Sequence record: MK250017.1
DNA: 64,000 bases
Reading direction: 5' to 3' (one strand)
Shown: positions 30,587 through 45,650 of the stretch, piece by piece
Layout of the letters: each line of letters begins with the position of its first letter
Numbering within the stretch: position 1 is the first letter of the stretch
Translations under genes and position numbers: made by a program
The notes under the pieces: generated by a model
Told to the model about the DNA's origin: nothing
The model's database searches: none
Seen by the model: the letters and a program-made list of their open reading frames with translations, nothing else

Positions 30587-33500
30587 TTATATTGCATATC
30601 CAGAATTTCCAGTTGATTTATTATCAGAATTTGCATTTTGCTTTGCTTGCCATGCCCTATCTATTGCAGCTTTATCAACATCCTAAAATTTATGTATATC
30701 ATCAACTATATATGTATTTCGTTTAGGCTGTTTTATTGATTGCATCTTCATATGTTTATGAGGCGGAATATGAGGCTTATTATCCTATAACTTCATATTT
30801 TTCTATCTACTTCGTAATTCATCATATGTTGATTCTATAATATCTGCAAGAGATAACATATCTTCTGTACTTATATTATCTAATTCATTAATATCTATTG
30901 ACGTTAATGCTTTTAATTTTTCTGTAAGTTTTTTATCATCTGTAATATTTACTAATTTCATTTCTGGTTTATAATCATTATTATCAGTAATATTATCAAA
31001 TAACATTGCGGAAGGAATATCATCTGTAATAACAGGTTTATTCATTACCATTTCTGATTTTTCATTAACAGATGTATTAGAAATAAATGGAATATTTGCA
31101 GTTGAACTATTATTAATATTCTATGTCATTTGCATATCTATAATACTTTCATTCTTTAATAACTTACTCATTACCATCTTTGTTTTATATTCATTTGCAT
31201 TTAATTCTGTCATACTCATATCAGGATTATTATCAACAAATTCTGTATGTGTCATCTGCATATTAGGTATAGACGAATCAGTATTTAATCTTGTCATATC
31301 CATATCAGATAATGAAGTATTTGATATTACTTCTGTCATTTTCATACTCGGATTTTCAGTAATCTAATCGATATTAGTCATTTTCATATCAGATGTAGAA
31401 GCATTCATATCAAGATGAATCATATCCATATTTGCAATAGATACATCATTATTAGTAGTTGTTAATATCATATCAGGTAATGATGTATCAGTTATAGGGT
31501 AAATAAAATCCATATCAGAAGTAGAAACATCTATATTAAGATGTATCATATCCATATTTGCTGTAGATATATTCTAGTTTAATGTTGTCATATCCATATT
31601 TGCAATAGATGAATTCTGTATTAACTGTAACATCTAACCATTAGCAATAGAAGTATTAGATATAAGTGTTGTCATATCCATATTTGCTATAGAAACATTC
31701 TAATTTAATGACGTCATATCCATATTTGTTATAGATGTATTTTGACGTAATGATGTCATATTCATTTTTGGATTTGTCTATTGAGAATTTAACATAATCA
31801 TATCCGTAGGATTTGTCTAATCTGTAATTTCAATATTATTCATTAATGTTGAAGATTTGAATGTATCATTTTCTGTTGGAATTAAACCAGATGTTGGCTT
31901 AGAAAGATACATATCCATTGTTGTCATTTGATTATGTGCCTATGGTCTTGCATCGCCTTCTAATGGTTGTAAATTATGCTGTTCTTTACTAATAGTCTAT
32001 GGATTATTTACTAATGTCATAGATGAATTACTTACATCCTATGATACTGGTATAAATGTCATTGAATTATGATCTGAATTTATATTATTAGTAACTAAAT
32101 TCATTGATGCCTTACTTGTATCTATATATGTTGAATCATTACTCATATTCATATCGTTATGATCTGTATTTAATTCAGGTTTTGTATACTCCATTGAATT
32201 ATGTTCTGTATTAATCTATGGTTCTACAAATGTCATTGAATTATGTTCTGTATTCATAACAGGTGAAATATAATTCATATCATTATGTTCATCATTTATA
32301 TCAGGATTAACATAATTCATATCATTATGATCTAAATTCATTTCTGGAGAAACATAATTCTAATCAGTCTTACTAAGATTAAATTCTGGTTCTACATAAT
32401 TATGATGTTCTTTATGTAGATTCATTTCTGGTTCTACATAATTCTAATCAACTTTATCAAGATTAAATTCTGGTTCTACATAACTATGATGATTTTTATG
32501 TAAATTCATTTCTGGAGAAACATAATTCATATCATTATGATCTAAATTCATTTCTGGAGAAACATAATTCTAATCAGATTTATCAAGATTAAATTCTGGT
32601 TCTACATAATTATGTTTATTTTTGTCTAAATTCATTTCTGGAGAAACATAATTCTAATCAGATTTATCTAAATTCATATATGGTTTAATATAATCCATAA
32701 TACTATGGTCTAAATTAAACTCAGGCTCAACATATGTTTGATGTGGTTTATTAAGATTAAACTCTGGTTTAATATAATTCTATTTAAATTTATCGAGATT
32801 AAATTCTGGTTCCACATAATTCATATCATTATGATCTAAATTCATTTCTGGTGAAATATAATTCATATCATTATGCTCTAAATTAAATTCTGGTGTTATA
32901 TAATCATATTCTGGTTTATCTAGATTTTCATCAAGTTCTGTATAATTCTATGATATTTTATCTAAGTTTTCATTCAGATGAATATAATTATGTTCAGGTT
33001 TTTCAAGATTTTTCTAAATAGACGGATCAATTAATCCAAAACTTGCATCACTTCCAATAATCTGAATTTTTGGTTCTAACTTAGTTGCAGATGTATCTAT
33101 AATACCTGGATCTATTATATTATAATATGCATTACTTCCTACAACATAAGTATTTCTTAACATATGTAATAACATTACCTTTATACGATTTTTCATCTAT
33201 TGCTAAGCTTTAACAACATCTGGACCGTATAAAAGTTGCTCATGATCATATATATAAGACCATTCATATGGTCTCTATAAATCATTATAGAACTAATCTC
33301 TGTCTGGATTTCTAGAATCACGAACTAATACAGGTCTTGAATGAATAACTTTTTTAAGATATTTTTTCAAATCCTTCCATGAACTTATAGTATAAAGATT
33401 ATCTCTTACATTTGCCTCATGCCAACTATTATCTGGTAATTGTGGACCATATACATCTGCAGTTCCATATAATTTGTCATAATCTGCATTATCACCAACT

Positions 33501-34747
33501 TTATGTGTAATTTCTTTATCAAAATATGCAGTATATTCAGATGGCATCATAAACATACGTCTCATCCATCTTGTTCTGAAATTCGCATGATTATCTGCAT
33601 TAGTTGATGTATAGTCATTTCGTTCTGATATGGACTAAAAATCAGAAATCCAATTAACTGTATTTTTTACATTTGAATTTGGTTTATGGTCTGTCTAATT
33701 AGGATCTAATGCATCTATCTTTTTCATTAAACCATTAGAATAGAATGTTTTTACATTTTTTACAGAAATTGTTATTTTTGTTTCTGCATCCTTATGTTCA
33801 TCATATGCAGTTGCATACTCATTATCCCATATTGATTCAATATCAATTTCACATGGACCACATTCTAACGCATATATAGGAAAGTCGTTTTGTTCTACAC
33901 TATATACAGCAGTTTTATTTCCTGTTGATTTATCCAATTTATAACCAGTCTATAAAATACGTCTGTCAAATACATAAATAATCATTTTGAAATATCTATA
34001 TATATCTGGTAATATCCATCTCTACCAAACATCATCATATGCAGCTTTTCTATACATTTCTAATAATGTACGAATTTTCAAATCAATTCCTTCATAACAT
34101 TCTAATGTAATCTTTGCATCCTTAAGTCGTACTCCTTTTCCTGGTTCAAATGATGTTAACTTTTCCAATCCAGTAATTTTTTTGAACAGATAAGGCATAC
34201 TTCTCTATATTTCATAAAGGCCTTGGACAAATGTTTTAATATAAGATGCGCGCGCATCTTCATTCCTGTTCATCAGATAATTATATGTATTATAATGTTC
34301 TTGATTACTCCAATTTTCCGTATTATCAAATTCTAAAAAATTTAAATCAAGTAAACCCATTGGAAATTGATCATAATCTTCATAATATATATTATTATAA
34401 AGACTTGTTTTCTATTGGTTCTTTATTGTTTCTGTATCAAGAACTGAACAACCCCAATCACCAAATTCAACTTTAAACATAAGTCGAGTAGGATCTTCAA
34501 AACCTGATCTGAATACTTCAGAAGACATATCAGCACCATATTCATTTCCCATATGAAATCGTTCCATGATTTCATTCTGTTCCATAAATCGTCCAGATGA
34601 TAAAATCCACGATTCACTGTCAGTTACTTTCTACTCTAATTCATTTGTTTTAGTATCTCCAGTAAGTAATGAATTAAATCCTTTTAAAAAATTGTATGCA
34701 GAATTTGTCTTTTTATTTAAGCCTTTTAATGTACTAAAAATACCCAT
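30587..34747 (-). CDS. Large putative virion protein with a 13-aa tandem-repeat region (1386 aa, TAG=Gln)
   Basis: Six track ORFs share one frame from ATG 34747 to TAA 30587; globular N-terminal half (FEDPTRLMFKVEF...RWILPD) followed by repeats. Confidence 0.72.
31100..32930 (-). repeat. Degenerate 39-nt / 13-aa tandem repeats in two sub-families
   Basis: NY(V/I)(S/E)PE(M/F)NLD(K/H)xx units, e.g. repeated aaattcatttctggagaaacataattc on +, grading into MDMTTLNLEYSTA / MDMIHLNIDVSTS units. Confidence 0.85.
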
Positions 34748-34763
34748 AATTTAATTAATCATT

Positions 34764-36314
34764 TTATTTTACTGGTGTAATGAATGGTGTTTTATTAGGA
34801 TTATTCGGTGTATCTACCAATATCAATTTACTTTCATTTCGTGTTACTGGTGAATACATATCTAATTTATAATTATCTCCTATTTCATATTCATTTTCAT
34901 ATAATCTGATATTACACATCTATATATTACATCCCATATCTTCTATACTAAATTCATGTACAGAAAAATCAGATATATTCCAAGCAATAGTTGTATCTGT
35001 TTTAACAACATCTCCTATTACGCGATCACCAACTTCCTTCGGTGTACTTATTAATATTCTAGTATTATCAGGTGATATATCTAACATAATATAAGACCAT
35101 ATATCAAATTCAAAATTAATAGGTATATGTTTAGATTTATTACCTACCTATATCTATAATTCATTCTATCTTATAAGAACGTCAAATGTTATTTTACTAT
35201 TTTCATCATAACCTCTGATTAATTTATAAATATTAGTTTTATAAATTTTCAAAAATTGTGAATTTTCATACCATTTTGTTAATTTCTTATTTGCTTTTGC
35301 CATATCAGAATTTTTAATGGCAATACCCAATGATTCAACACATTCATCAAGTTCAACAACAACTGCATTAACTTTTATTAATGTTCCTCTTGTTATTGTT
35401 ACATTATCTCCTAATTCTAATTTTATTGAAGTGGAAACTCTAAAATACCAATTATCAGAATCTTTAGAATAATATACCAATTTTATTACTTTACTATCTT
35501 GAATATAACTATTGAGAAAACACCAGCATGAATATATAAGATGATTTCTTGATGATGATATTTCATATAATAATTCATCATTATATGTAATATTTTTTGA
35601 TGCAATAGAAAAATCATAATACGCATTTGATATAAGATTTCCATTTGAACCAAATATCTAATTTGATACTATAGAATCTATGTCATAATCCTTCTGAGGA
35701 TCTACATAAGTTGTATTATTATATGATGTTTCTACAGGTGCATCTACATCTGCTACTTCTTCTGATATAGTATCTCCAAATAATTCTTCTTGTGATGTTG
35801 TAAGCTCTTCTACAGAATCTCTAAATTCCTATGTTTCTTTTCTAGATGCAGTTGGACTATATTTTGATAAAATAACTTTATAATATGTAGGTAATGCAGC
35901 TATTGTATAAATTAATTCAGAAGACTATACTTCAAATAATTTATGATAAATCTATACATATACAATATCTCCTTTCTATGGCATAGTATTATTTCCAAAC
36001 ATATTTTGCCATTCCTATATAGTTATATTAATTTCAAGGGGCTAAACATAATTAAGACCATATAAATCAATAGTATATTCTCCTGGATTATAGTCTGGAT
36101 TTGAAACAATAACTTTAACAATTTTAGGACATTCGAGACCTACCTATGTTAATGTATATTCCTATAAAACAACATCTTCAGAATTGATGACAGGTGTTGC
36201 ACGTGCCCATAAACAGTCAGTTCCAACAGTCTCTGTCGCAGACTGTTGGATTTCCTTTACTGTTTCATACGCGGATTTTATAATTTCATTAATATCAATT
36301 CCTAAACCTGCCAT
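34764..36314 (-). CDS. Neck/head-completion protein, T4 gp14-like N-terminus with C-terminal extension (516 aa, TAG=Gln)
   Basis: LEINITIQEWQNMFGNNTMPQKGDIVYVQIYHKLFEV resembles the gp14 P-x-E-G-D-L-I-Y...LFE motif; beta-rich C-terminal domain. Confidence 0.65.
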
Positions 36315-36316
36315 AA

Positions 36317-38026
36317 TTAATTATTTAATGTTTCATTTATTTTTTGTTCCATTGAAGATAATTCATTACATAATTCTTTAATATTATGTATACGTATCTT
36401 TATTTGATTACTATCTTCCTAACATCTTTTTAATTTCTATTCTTTCGCCCATGTTGACATATATGCATCTTCCTTATTATTCGCATATGTATCTTTAAAT
36501 GATGATATAGCAATCTATATATTACCATATTGTTGTAACATATTATTTAACAATTTACTATATACACCATATAACATCATAAGTGATTTAAATTTTATAA
36601 CGTCATTCCTGTATATATTTTTAATTTCATTACATAATACTTTACCTGTTTGTGTAAATGCCTATAACTATGGTAATATTTCCTTTAATTCTTTATTAAA
36701 ATTAGAAATGCCTATTTTTGATCTATTCTATGCAATTAATTTTTTATATCTCAAAATATTAGCTCTTGCTATTTTATTGCAATAATCATCTGTTCCATAT
36801 AATTTTTCATAATCATATGATTCTAATTTTCTACCAAACGCAAAAAGTTCTGATGATTTTCCACCAGCATATGGATGATATTTTCCTAAAATATCTTTAG
36901 TCCATTTATATATCTTTCGTTGTTGTTCTTCAAAATCTAATTTTCTCTGACGTGTTTTTTCTGTATCCAATTTAAACTCATTGTATCCTTTTAAATTAGA
37001 ATCATCCATTTTTCGTTTACCATTATCTTTAGTCGATATAACATTTCCATCATAATCTTTATGTCCACTTTCTGGTATATAAACAATGAAATAATCATCA
37101 TTTGAATTTCCCCAACCAGTAAACTTATTTAACTTACTTGATTTTGAATATGGATTAGCCCCGACTTTCTATAATTTCTTTTTAAAATCTCCATATGCAT
37201 TTATATATTTCGACAAATCTAAAAAATTCTTCACAAAACCTATTCCACATAATTCTCGTTTATCACCACCACGAGATAAACGAGCAACAGTAGGATATGT
37301 TAATACAGCTCCGTCTTTTAATGTCTATGTTAAATTATTAACAATAAGATTATCTTTCTTACATGCATCTTCAATAATTTCCGGTGTTAATTTATGTGTT
37401 TGAAAACTTTGCCAAACACGTCCATCTTCAAATGTTATATTTTCATTATCTATAGCAAATAATACCATTCTACCATATACAGAAACAACAAGAATTTTAC
37501 CTTCTGAATTAAACCAAAATATTGCATATTCATTAATGTATTGTTTTAGATCCTTATTTTTCTTTAAATCCGATACGGTATACTTTTTAAAGTTTTCATC
37601 TGTTAAATTAAATAAATCCAATTTATTCATAGGGAAAGTTCCATCAGCATTACTTAATATTACAGAAGATAATACCTAAGGATCTGGTTTAATAAACAAT
37701 TTTGATGTATAATCTTTATATAATTCTAATGTTTGCATATATTTGTCATGTAATGCTTTCTTCTATTCATCTGTTTTTATAGATTCATGTTGATAACTAT
37801 ACGAATCATATGCTTCAGTTGAATATACAGGAAATGTATTAGAAATAATATCATTTAATATTTCAAATTGATTTAATGCTTTTTTATACATTGTTCCAGG
37901 ATATGGTTGTTTATAATATGTAAACATCTTTCCTTTATCATTAAGAATATCATGAATAACTGTATCTGACTATAAACGTTCAGTTAAATATTTTTCAGTA
38001 ATATATTTTTTTAAACTAAATTGCAT
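36317..38026 (-). CDS. Hypothetical protein (569 aa, TAG=Gln)
   Basis: ATG 38026 to TAA 36317; joins track ORFs 37325-37630 and 36728-37009. Confidence 0.65.
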
Positions 38027-38116
38027 AATGATAGATTTATTCTATTTTTATTATTTATTTGATAATATAGTATATGTTGAAATAAATAATAAAACCAATA
38101 TTTTATTATTTACAAA

Positions 38117-40705
38117 ATGGGACTTAATATTAATAGCATAGGAGAACAATTTAAAAACGGTTTTATAGATAAATTTAATAAAGATATATCAAATGAGGAT
38201 TTAGATAGAGTTATTTCACAAATGACAACATTAACTAATTCATCTACATACTCATAGCAAAACAGTCCATTATATGGTACATTTAAATATGCAATAGATT
38301 CATCTAAATCATTAGATAGTTTTGAACCTGGTGGCTCAATAAATGATGAAATAACGGAATATCGTGCATGGGATCCAAGACTTGCACGTGTTGATGGGTT
38401 TGTGTCTCGTAGTTCAACAAGTGATGATCATCCTACTGTTGTTCCATTCGCCTCTGAAACAGCAGCTGGCGCATTTTATGATTTAGTATTTACTGCAGAA
38501 AAAGCAGTAGGTGACAAAATGTCAGGATCTACAACGCATAAAGAAAAACCAAAAGAAACTGATAAAAATGGACAACAACAAACATCGTCATCCGAAAAAT
38601 ATTATACTGTTACAGAAGATGGTGAAACAATACCAGATGTTAAGTTATCAACTAAAAACTTTTATATATCAAATACGTCAAACGGAGAAAAAATAAAAAA
38701 TACTATATTAAATGATGGTAATTCATATGGTGTTGCTTCTATTGTTAACCCATATACATTAACTAAATTATGTGGAGGACTTGTAAAAGCAAAATCAAAT
38801 AGTACAGAAAAAAACAGTGATGACATATAGGTAGAAAACCATATGTATGACATACGAAATTCACGTAGATTTTATGGTGATGTAATGGAAAAGGGAGGAG
38901 ATGTTTTAACTGTATCAAATCCTACAACTACTAATATTATTACATGGAGTAATAAAGATAAATGGGGAAGAACACCTTATTATTTTTAGGATTTTGTATT
39001 TTGTAAATATTGGAATGTTATACCTAATAACAGGTTAATTACATTAAGAAAGTATCATGCACCTGTATATGATAACCTTCAATTTTCTAATATGTTTGAT
39101 GGAACAACTGCAACACCATTTGCACCTATTGCTACCGTTATAACTTATTTTGGTGATGATACCGGTAATACATTATCTTCTTTATTCGGATTTACTGCAG
39201 GTACTAAATGGAAAGAAATAACATCTGATGTATATGATGTACAAGGAGAAAGTGGTTCAGATCCTCATGCACTTATTGATGAAATGTTTACTGGAGGTGG
39301 TGGATTTCCTACTGGTGAATCAAATATTATGAGCAGTATTATTGGTAAAACTAATTTATTAACTGGTAAAATGTTTTCATTAGGTAAATTTGTTGGTTTA
39401 TTAAGTCCAGGCGGTTATAATATGGGTAAAGATCAAAAAACATTTGATAAATTATCACAAGCAAATGTAGATCCATCTGAACAACTTTATAGCAACAAAA
39501 TAAAAGGTCCTGTTAATAGAATTAATATGACTAAAGCAAGAGATGCTGGAATTACATTTGATTAGAAATTCAGTTTAACATGTCAATATATAGCCAGACC
39601 TATTGGTGGTGTTAATACAAAAGCAGCAATGCTTGATATTTTATCAAACTGTATGGAAATGGCATCAGCTGATGCAGTATTCTGGGGTGGTGGATATAGA
39701 TTTAATATACACCCACATATGTATCCATTTAAAAACACTGCGTTTAAAAATAGAATTATGGATGATTTATATGCAGGTAGAATATTCGGTAAAGATGGTG
39801 CATTATCTCATACTGTTGAAGGCATAAAAAGTTTTGGAACAGATTCAACTGGTTCATTTTCATGGAGTGAAATAGGTAAACATTTAAGTGAATATCTTGG
39901 TGAAACATTGGGTGCGTTAGGCGAAATGTTCAACACATTACAAAACATGGTATTCGGTACAAATGGTAGTTCTATTGGTGATTGGCTAAAAGGAAAAGGT
40001 AATGATGTTGGTGATGGTGAGTCTGGAGATAAAGGTGCAAAAAAATTAAATTCGCTTGGTTAGAATCTTAATATGATGTGGAGATCTAAAGTTATACAAG
40101 CATCAACAATGCCATCTATAACTGGTATGCGTGCATTATTAACTGGTGAACCTGTCGGTAACTGGCATTTAACAGTTGGAAACCCTTTAAATCCTATTAT
40201 GGTAATAGGTAATCTCATATGTACTGATATGAAAGTTGAAGTAGGAGAAGAATTAGGACCAGATGATTTCCCAACAGAATTAAAAGTAGTTTATACATTA
40301 GAGCATGGTATGCCTCGTGATAAATCTGGAATTCAATCTATGTTTAATAGAGGTAGCGGACGTATATATCAGTTACCCGACTGGATAAGAGCATCATCTG
40401 ATTATGAGTCAAAAGTTGATAATTTTACAGGAGGAAGTAATTTTTATCAGCCAAAATATATGAGTGCATCAAAAATGATGGCAATCGGAGGTGCTCATGG
40501 TTATTAGACATATAAAATAGATAAAGGAAAAAATCCTGCAATGGATGAACATACATCTAATACAGTAATAGCCAAATTTACTCCACCTGACGTAGATGCA
40601 GCTATTAGCAATATTGTTGATAAATCATCTTCATTTTTTGGTTCTAATAATTCATCAAGAGCATGGATTAGAGGTACAGCAGCAACTAGAAAACTTATGA
40701 ATTAA
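38117..40705 (+). CDS. Putative tail/baseplate structural protein (862 aa, TAG=Gln)
   Basis: Four track ORFs in one frame; GNWHLTVGNPLNPIMVIGNLICTDM...GPDDFPTELKVVYTLEHG is a tube/hub-like beta pattern; directly upstream of the gp53-like gene. Confidence 0.6.
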
Positions 40706-40710
40706 TTAAA

Positions 40711-41445
40711 ATGTTTACTTATACAATAGATAAAAAACCGACAATTATAGATTCAAAAGGAAATACAATAGTTAATTTTATTACACCATTATTTACAAAA
40801 AATTCAACAGGTGTTAAAGACTATTAGATAATGCGAATAAATGCAGATAAGTATTAGATGAGACCTGATCTTATATCGATGGCAATGTATGGTGATATTG
40901 ATGAAGCTGAATATATTTTAAAGTTTTCAGGTATTTCAAATCCATTTTCATTAGATAAAGATGATGTATTAAAAATACCGAATGATTAGGAAGTATATGG
41001 TATGATGGAAGTTAATACACCAAGTGATGATAATGAAGATGCAATTGATAATGAAGCAGAAATCAGACATAGTTTTAAATATTATGATCCTACATTAAAT
41101 CCTTATAATAAAGATGGATAGTCTTATAGAGATCTTGAAAATAAGAAAATACCTTCGGGTATTATAGATAAAGGTAAGATTGTTAATAAAACAGGTAATA
41201 TAATGGTTCCATATATTTCTGAAGATGGAAGAACTGCAGTTACTATCAGAAATGGTAAAGTATATTTTGGAGAAGATAGTGGTTTAAATATTGCTTCATC
41301 TGAAAAAATATCATAGGTTGCAAATATTACATCAACTATATAGAACGCTATAAATAATACAATGACAAAATTATCAGATTCGAATTGTTTATATAACGGT
41401 TCGAACTTAGCAGATTTTGTAAGAACAAATTTTAATAATAACTGA
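40711..41445 (+). CDS. Baseplate wedge protein, T4 gp53/LysM-like (244 aa, TAG=Gln)
   Basis: YQMRPDLISMAMYGDIDEAEYILKFSGISNPFSLDKDDVLKIP. Confidence 0.75.
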
Positions 41446-41452
41446 TTGAAAT

Positions 41453-44400
41453 ATGAATACAAAATATCCTATAAATGGTAGAGTTGCCACATTAAATGAC
41501 ATAGTACATGAATATGGTGCTTCTTCCTCATGGCCTAAAACTACTGTTTATCCATTTATCGATACACCAGAAAAAATTGTGTCTTAGCCTTTTTAGAATT
41601 TAGTATTTAAAGATGCTTTAGATGCTAATAATAAATTCGTTGGTGAAAGACCATATGAAATTGTTTATTTTGATAATGTATATTCAAATACAGAAAGAGA
41701 TACTACTGGTAAACATATGAAAATTATACAGAAACGTGATTCTGATGTATTTAGTGGTTTATATCCAGGAGGAATGTCTGGACATGAATATATAAAAGCA
41801 GGTGATGTAGCAAATCCATTAAAGATAATAGAAGGCAAATATGGTTTTAAATTTATAGTAGCAAGTTAGAATGATAAAAAACAATACTATTATAATTATA
41901 GAACATCTACTGGTGAAGCTACTGTTATGTATGCATTAAGAAATATAATTAAAATATTAAAAAAACAAGGTATTGCGAATTTATCAGAATCTTTTAAACC
42001 GTTATTTATTCCTGAAAAAACGGAAGACGGTGATAATAAGTATCATATTGATAATATTATAGATAAAAATAATGAGTTGAAGAGTGACGCATATAAGTAT
42101 TTAGGAGATTTTATATGGACATATAAAAATATAAACATTAAAAATTATACAAGAACAGAATAGTCTATTTTAAATATTGCAGAAAGTAAAGGTTATTTAA
42201 CGTTAAATAATAATAGTGTAAATAGTATTAATACATTATTAAAAAATTGGTTAGGTGACAATAAAGATGACAATTATTCGTATAATCAAGAATCTGATTA
42301 TAATCAACTTAAATATTATTTAAATATTTTTGCAAATTCGTAGAGATTTTTCGTAAGTTATGTTACAGGATTTAGATTTGGAAAGATTTCAAATAAATCA
42401 TATTTACAGATAGAACCTGTATTAAGATGTGATCTTGGTGCATTTGTATTATATAACTCTATTGAAATTTTATCATCAATTCATGATTATCGTACTGCAT
42501 TACCATAGAGTGATATTTCACCATCTACACAACTTGATATTATATTAAAATATAAAGTGACATATGAAAATATAAGTAAAGAATCAACACCTATAACAAC
42601 AACTATATCATTAACATGGTATGATATTATTAATCATACAACGGAAGATAAAAACATATGGTTTACTTTAAGAAATGCAGTATGTGATGAAGATAGCGTT
42701 ATTGAATACTATAAAAAAAATCATAAGAAATTTGGAAAATATGTATACGGTGATGAGAACTTTTTTTTTGATATTAAAAAGAAAACAACATCATTAGGTA
42801 TTTTAGATTGGCCAGTTGAAGATGGAGGATTATTATTAACTGATGAAACTGAATTTAAAAATATAATAAATAATCCATCATATAATAAAAATGGAATAAC
42901 AAATTATGCAAATACATCAGATCCAAGTACATTTGGTAAAAATAAAAACAAAGAGGATATAAAAAATACTATTGCAGGACAATTTGCACCTTTTGGTACA
43001 TTAAGAATGCATAATTTTTTAGATAAAGATAATGACAAATCTGGATACTATTGTGATGTTGATATACTTAGATGTAAAAATTTTTATATGATACAATAGA
43101 ATTTAAAAATTTCAAATATTGGTATTAATATTTATTATAGCATACCATATGATACTATAATACCAAATACTTGTGTAAGATTAATATCTAAATCTTTTGA
43201 AGAAGCTGGAACATCAGATGATAATATAGCAGTAAATGATAAACCATATAAAATATTAGAATGGCAACAAGAGTTGGATGAAAATATAATATATTCTATT
43301 CCAAATAATAGTGATAATGAAGTATTTATAACTATATCTAGTTCTTCTGCTAAAGTAAGATTATATGCATCAGGCAAAACTAAACCAATAACATCAACAT
43401 AGAAAGACTCATATATTAATAATTTAAATCTGGAATTATATTATCTAGATCAACAAACATGGTAGCTTGCAGAAAAGGGAGTAGATTATATTATTAATGC
43501 ATATACACGAACAAATACTTTACCATATTATTCATTTAAATTTACAAATTCAACTACAACACATGTATTTTGGAAATTTAAATTTAATGATATAAAATAG
43601 TTTTTATATTTCAGATCAAATAATATTCAAAGGAATGATAAACAACAATTAACAATAATATCTTTATATGTATAGGATGAAAATTCTGCAACTATAGAAT
43701 AGAAGGTTAGAGGTTTAAATAATATAGATATATCTTTATAGTATTTAATATATCATGCTGATACTAATGCAGAATCATATACAAACGGTACAACATGTTT
43801 AAATTGTTTCACGCAAGCGTTTATTAGATAGTCTACAACATAGAATCAAAATGCATATGTAAATAAAAATCAAAGGTTCTATATAGAACCTTTATCATTC
43901 AAGACATCAGATTCATATCAATATCAAGAATTTAATACAATAACGCATAAACCATTTAATGTTGCTTATAAAACATCAACAGTTATGAATAAAAAGAATA
44001 TTTATAAATTTGAACAATGTAGTACATTATTTGGAAAAGATATTGATAATCGTAGAGTTCGAATAGATACGTTAACTACAGAAACATAGCCTTCAATATA
44101 TTTAGCATTTGAACCAATATATATAATAGAATTTGGTTCAATACAGTATTCTACTGAAATTGATAAAAATGATGGAAAGCTATTAGTGGAAGATGAATGT
44201 AACACACGTTATAAAGATAATATATCGCTAAATATATTTAAATATAGAATAAATTCAGGTGCAAGTGCATCATCAATAAATTTACAAGATAAGATTAATA
44301 ATTTAAATATATTATCATTATATACTACTGATATATTTATTGATAGTGATTTCTTAAAAATACTAAGTACTTCAATTGATGAAGATCTACAATAGATTTC

Positions 44401-45016
44401 ATAGTAGTATTTAATAAGTTATGATGTTGTAATATCATCGTATGATTTCACATCAACGAATTATGTAGAACAAGGTCGTGCTTCTATTTCAAATGGTCTT
44501 ACAAAATCTCAAATTAATGAAAATTTTTATAAAATAAAATTTGACCCAAATAAACAATATCTTGTGGATGTTATATTTACAAAGTATAGAAAACGTACGA
44601 GTGAAATAGCTTGTACATTCTTTTGTACAGATTCACGATTTGATGGTTTTATAACACTATTAATTACAGAATTACCTAAAGGTTATAACGGAGAATTATC
44701 TAACATTAAGGTTCCACCATATTATAGTACTCCTGGAAGTACACGCCCGATAAGTTTACCTATTGGATGTACTGTTAATCTTAAACATAATTTTGATGCG
44801 TTATTAAAAGCAAATGGAGATAAAATAAAATGGAATGGATGGATTTATCCAGGTGTAACTGAACCAGACATAAATAAGGAGATAACGTTTAAAATAGGAG
44901 ATACATCAAATATATCAATTACTGCAAATTTATATGCAGATCCTTCAATTACTGTAAATTCACAGTCTACACCAACAACTCCTTCTACACCAGATACATC
45001 TAATAATAAACCATAA
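41453..45016 (+). CDS. Large putative structural/tail protein (1187 aa, TAG=Gln)
   Basis: Four track ORFs in one frame from ATG 41453 to TAA 45016; beta-rich with a PTTPSTPD tail. Confidence 0.65.
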
Positions 45017-45020
45017 AAAT

Positions 45021-45057
45021 AAAAAATCCAAACAACCTAACATTGTTTGGATTTTTT
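45021..45057. terminator. Bidirectional terminator
   Basis: aaaaaatccaaacaa / ttgtttggatttttt between convergent genes. Confidence 0.7.
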
Positions 45058-45115
45058 ATTTTATAAAATAATTTATAAAGTTAACAGTGGGAATATTCAT
45101 TTTATTAAAAACATT

Positions 45116-45592
45116 TTACTCAAGACCTAACTTAATACGGTTAGAAATAAGGTTCCATACTGTATTTGTAATGAAGTTTTCCTTAAGTTTCTTACCAACA
45201 GCAGGTTCAATATCTGATTTAAATGTTTCTACTACATATTTACCATTTCCAGAACGATATGCTTCTGTAATAGCAACAAGATTTTTCTTAGTCTGTTTCT
45301 CTATATAAAGACGAATATCATCCTTAGTTGAATTCGCGCTAAGAGTAATCATATTTTCATTTAAGAGTTTAATACCTGCTTTATTAATTCCTGTTTTAGG
45401 TGACCAGTATTCAAATACTTTCTTGGCCATTTCTTTTTTCTGATCAGCAGGAAGATCTGACATATTTCCAGTAATCATATATGTCTCTTTAAGTACGTTA
45501 ATAACGGCTACTTTCTGAGATTCATATAATTTCTCACGAGCCTCAAGTACCTATTTTTTACTATTATTATATACTGTACTAAAACTTTTCAT
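45116..45592 (-). CDS. Hypothetical protein (158 aa, one TAG)
   Basis: ATG 45592 extends the track ORF through one TAG. Confidence 0.65.
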
Positions 45593-45650
45593 TTGCTTGA
45601 ATTTAAATGTTTTTATTTATTATTTTATTTATCTATGTTTTTATAAAAAA

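Noticed and set aside
31100-32930. Periodic repeats as a possible CRISPR array or satellite
   Set aside because: Degenerate, 39-nt in-frame period inside an open reading frame; these are protein repeats
34246-36381. Plus-strand ORFs 34246-34476, 34566-34754 and 36184-36381
   Set aside because: Antisense to the long table-15 genes 30587-34747 and 34764-36314
41124-45308. ORFs 41124-41462(-), 43135-43377(-), 44002-44205(-) and 45087-45308(+)
   Set aside because: Antisense shadows of the baseplate/tail genes and of 45116-45592
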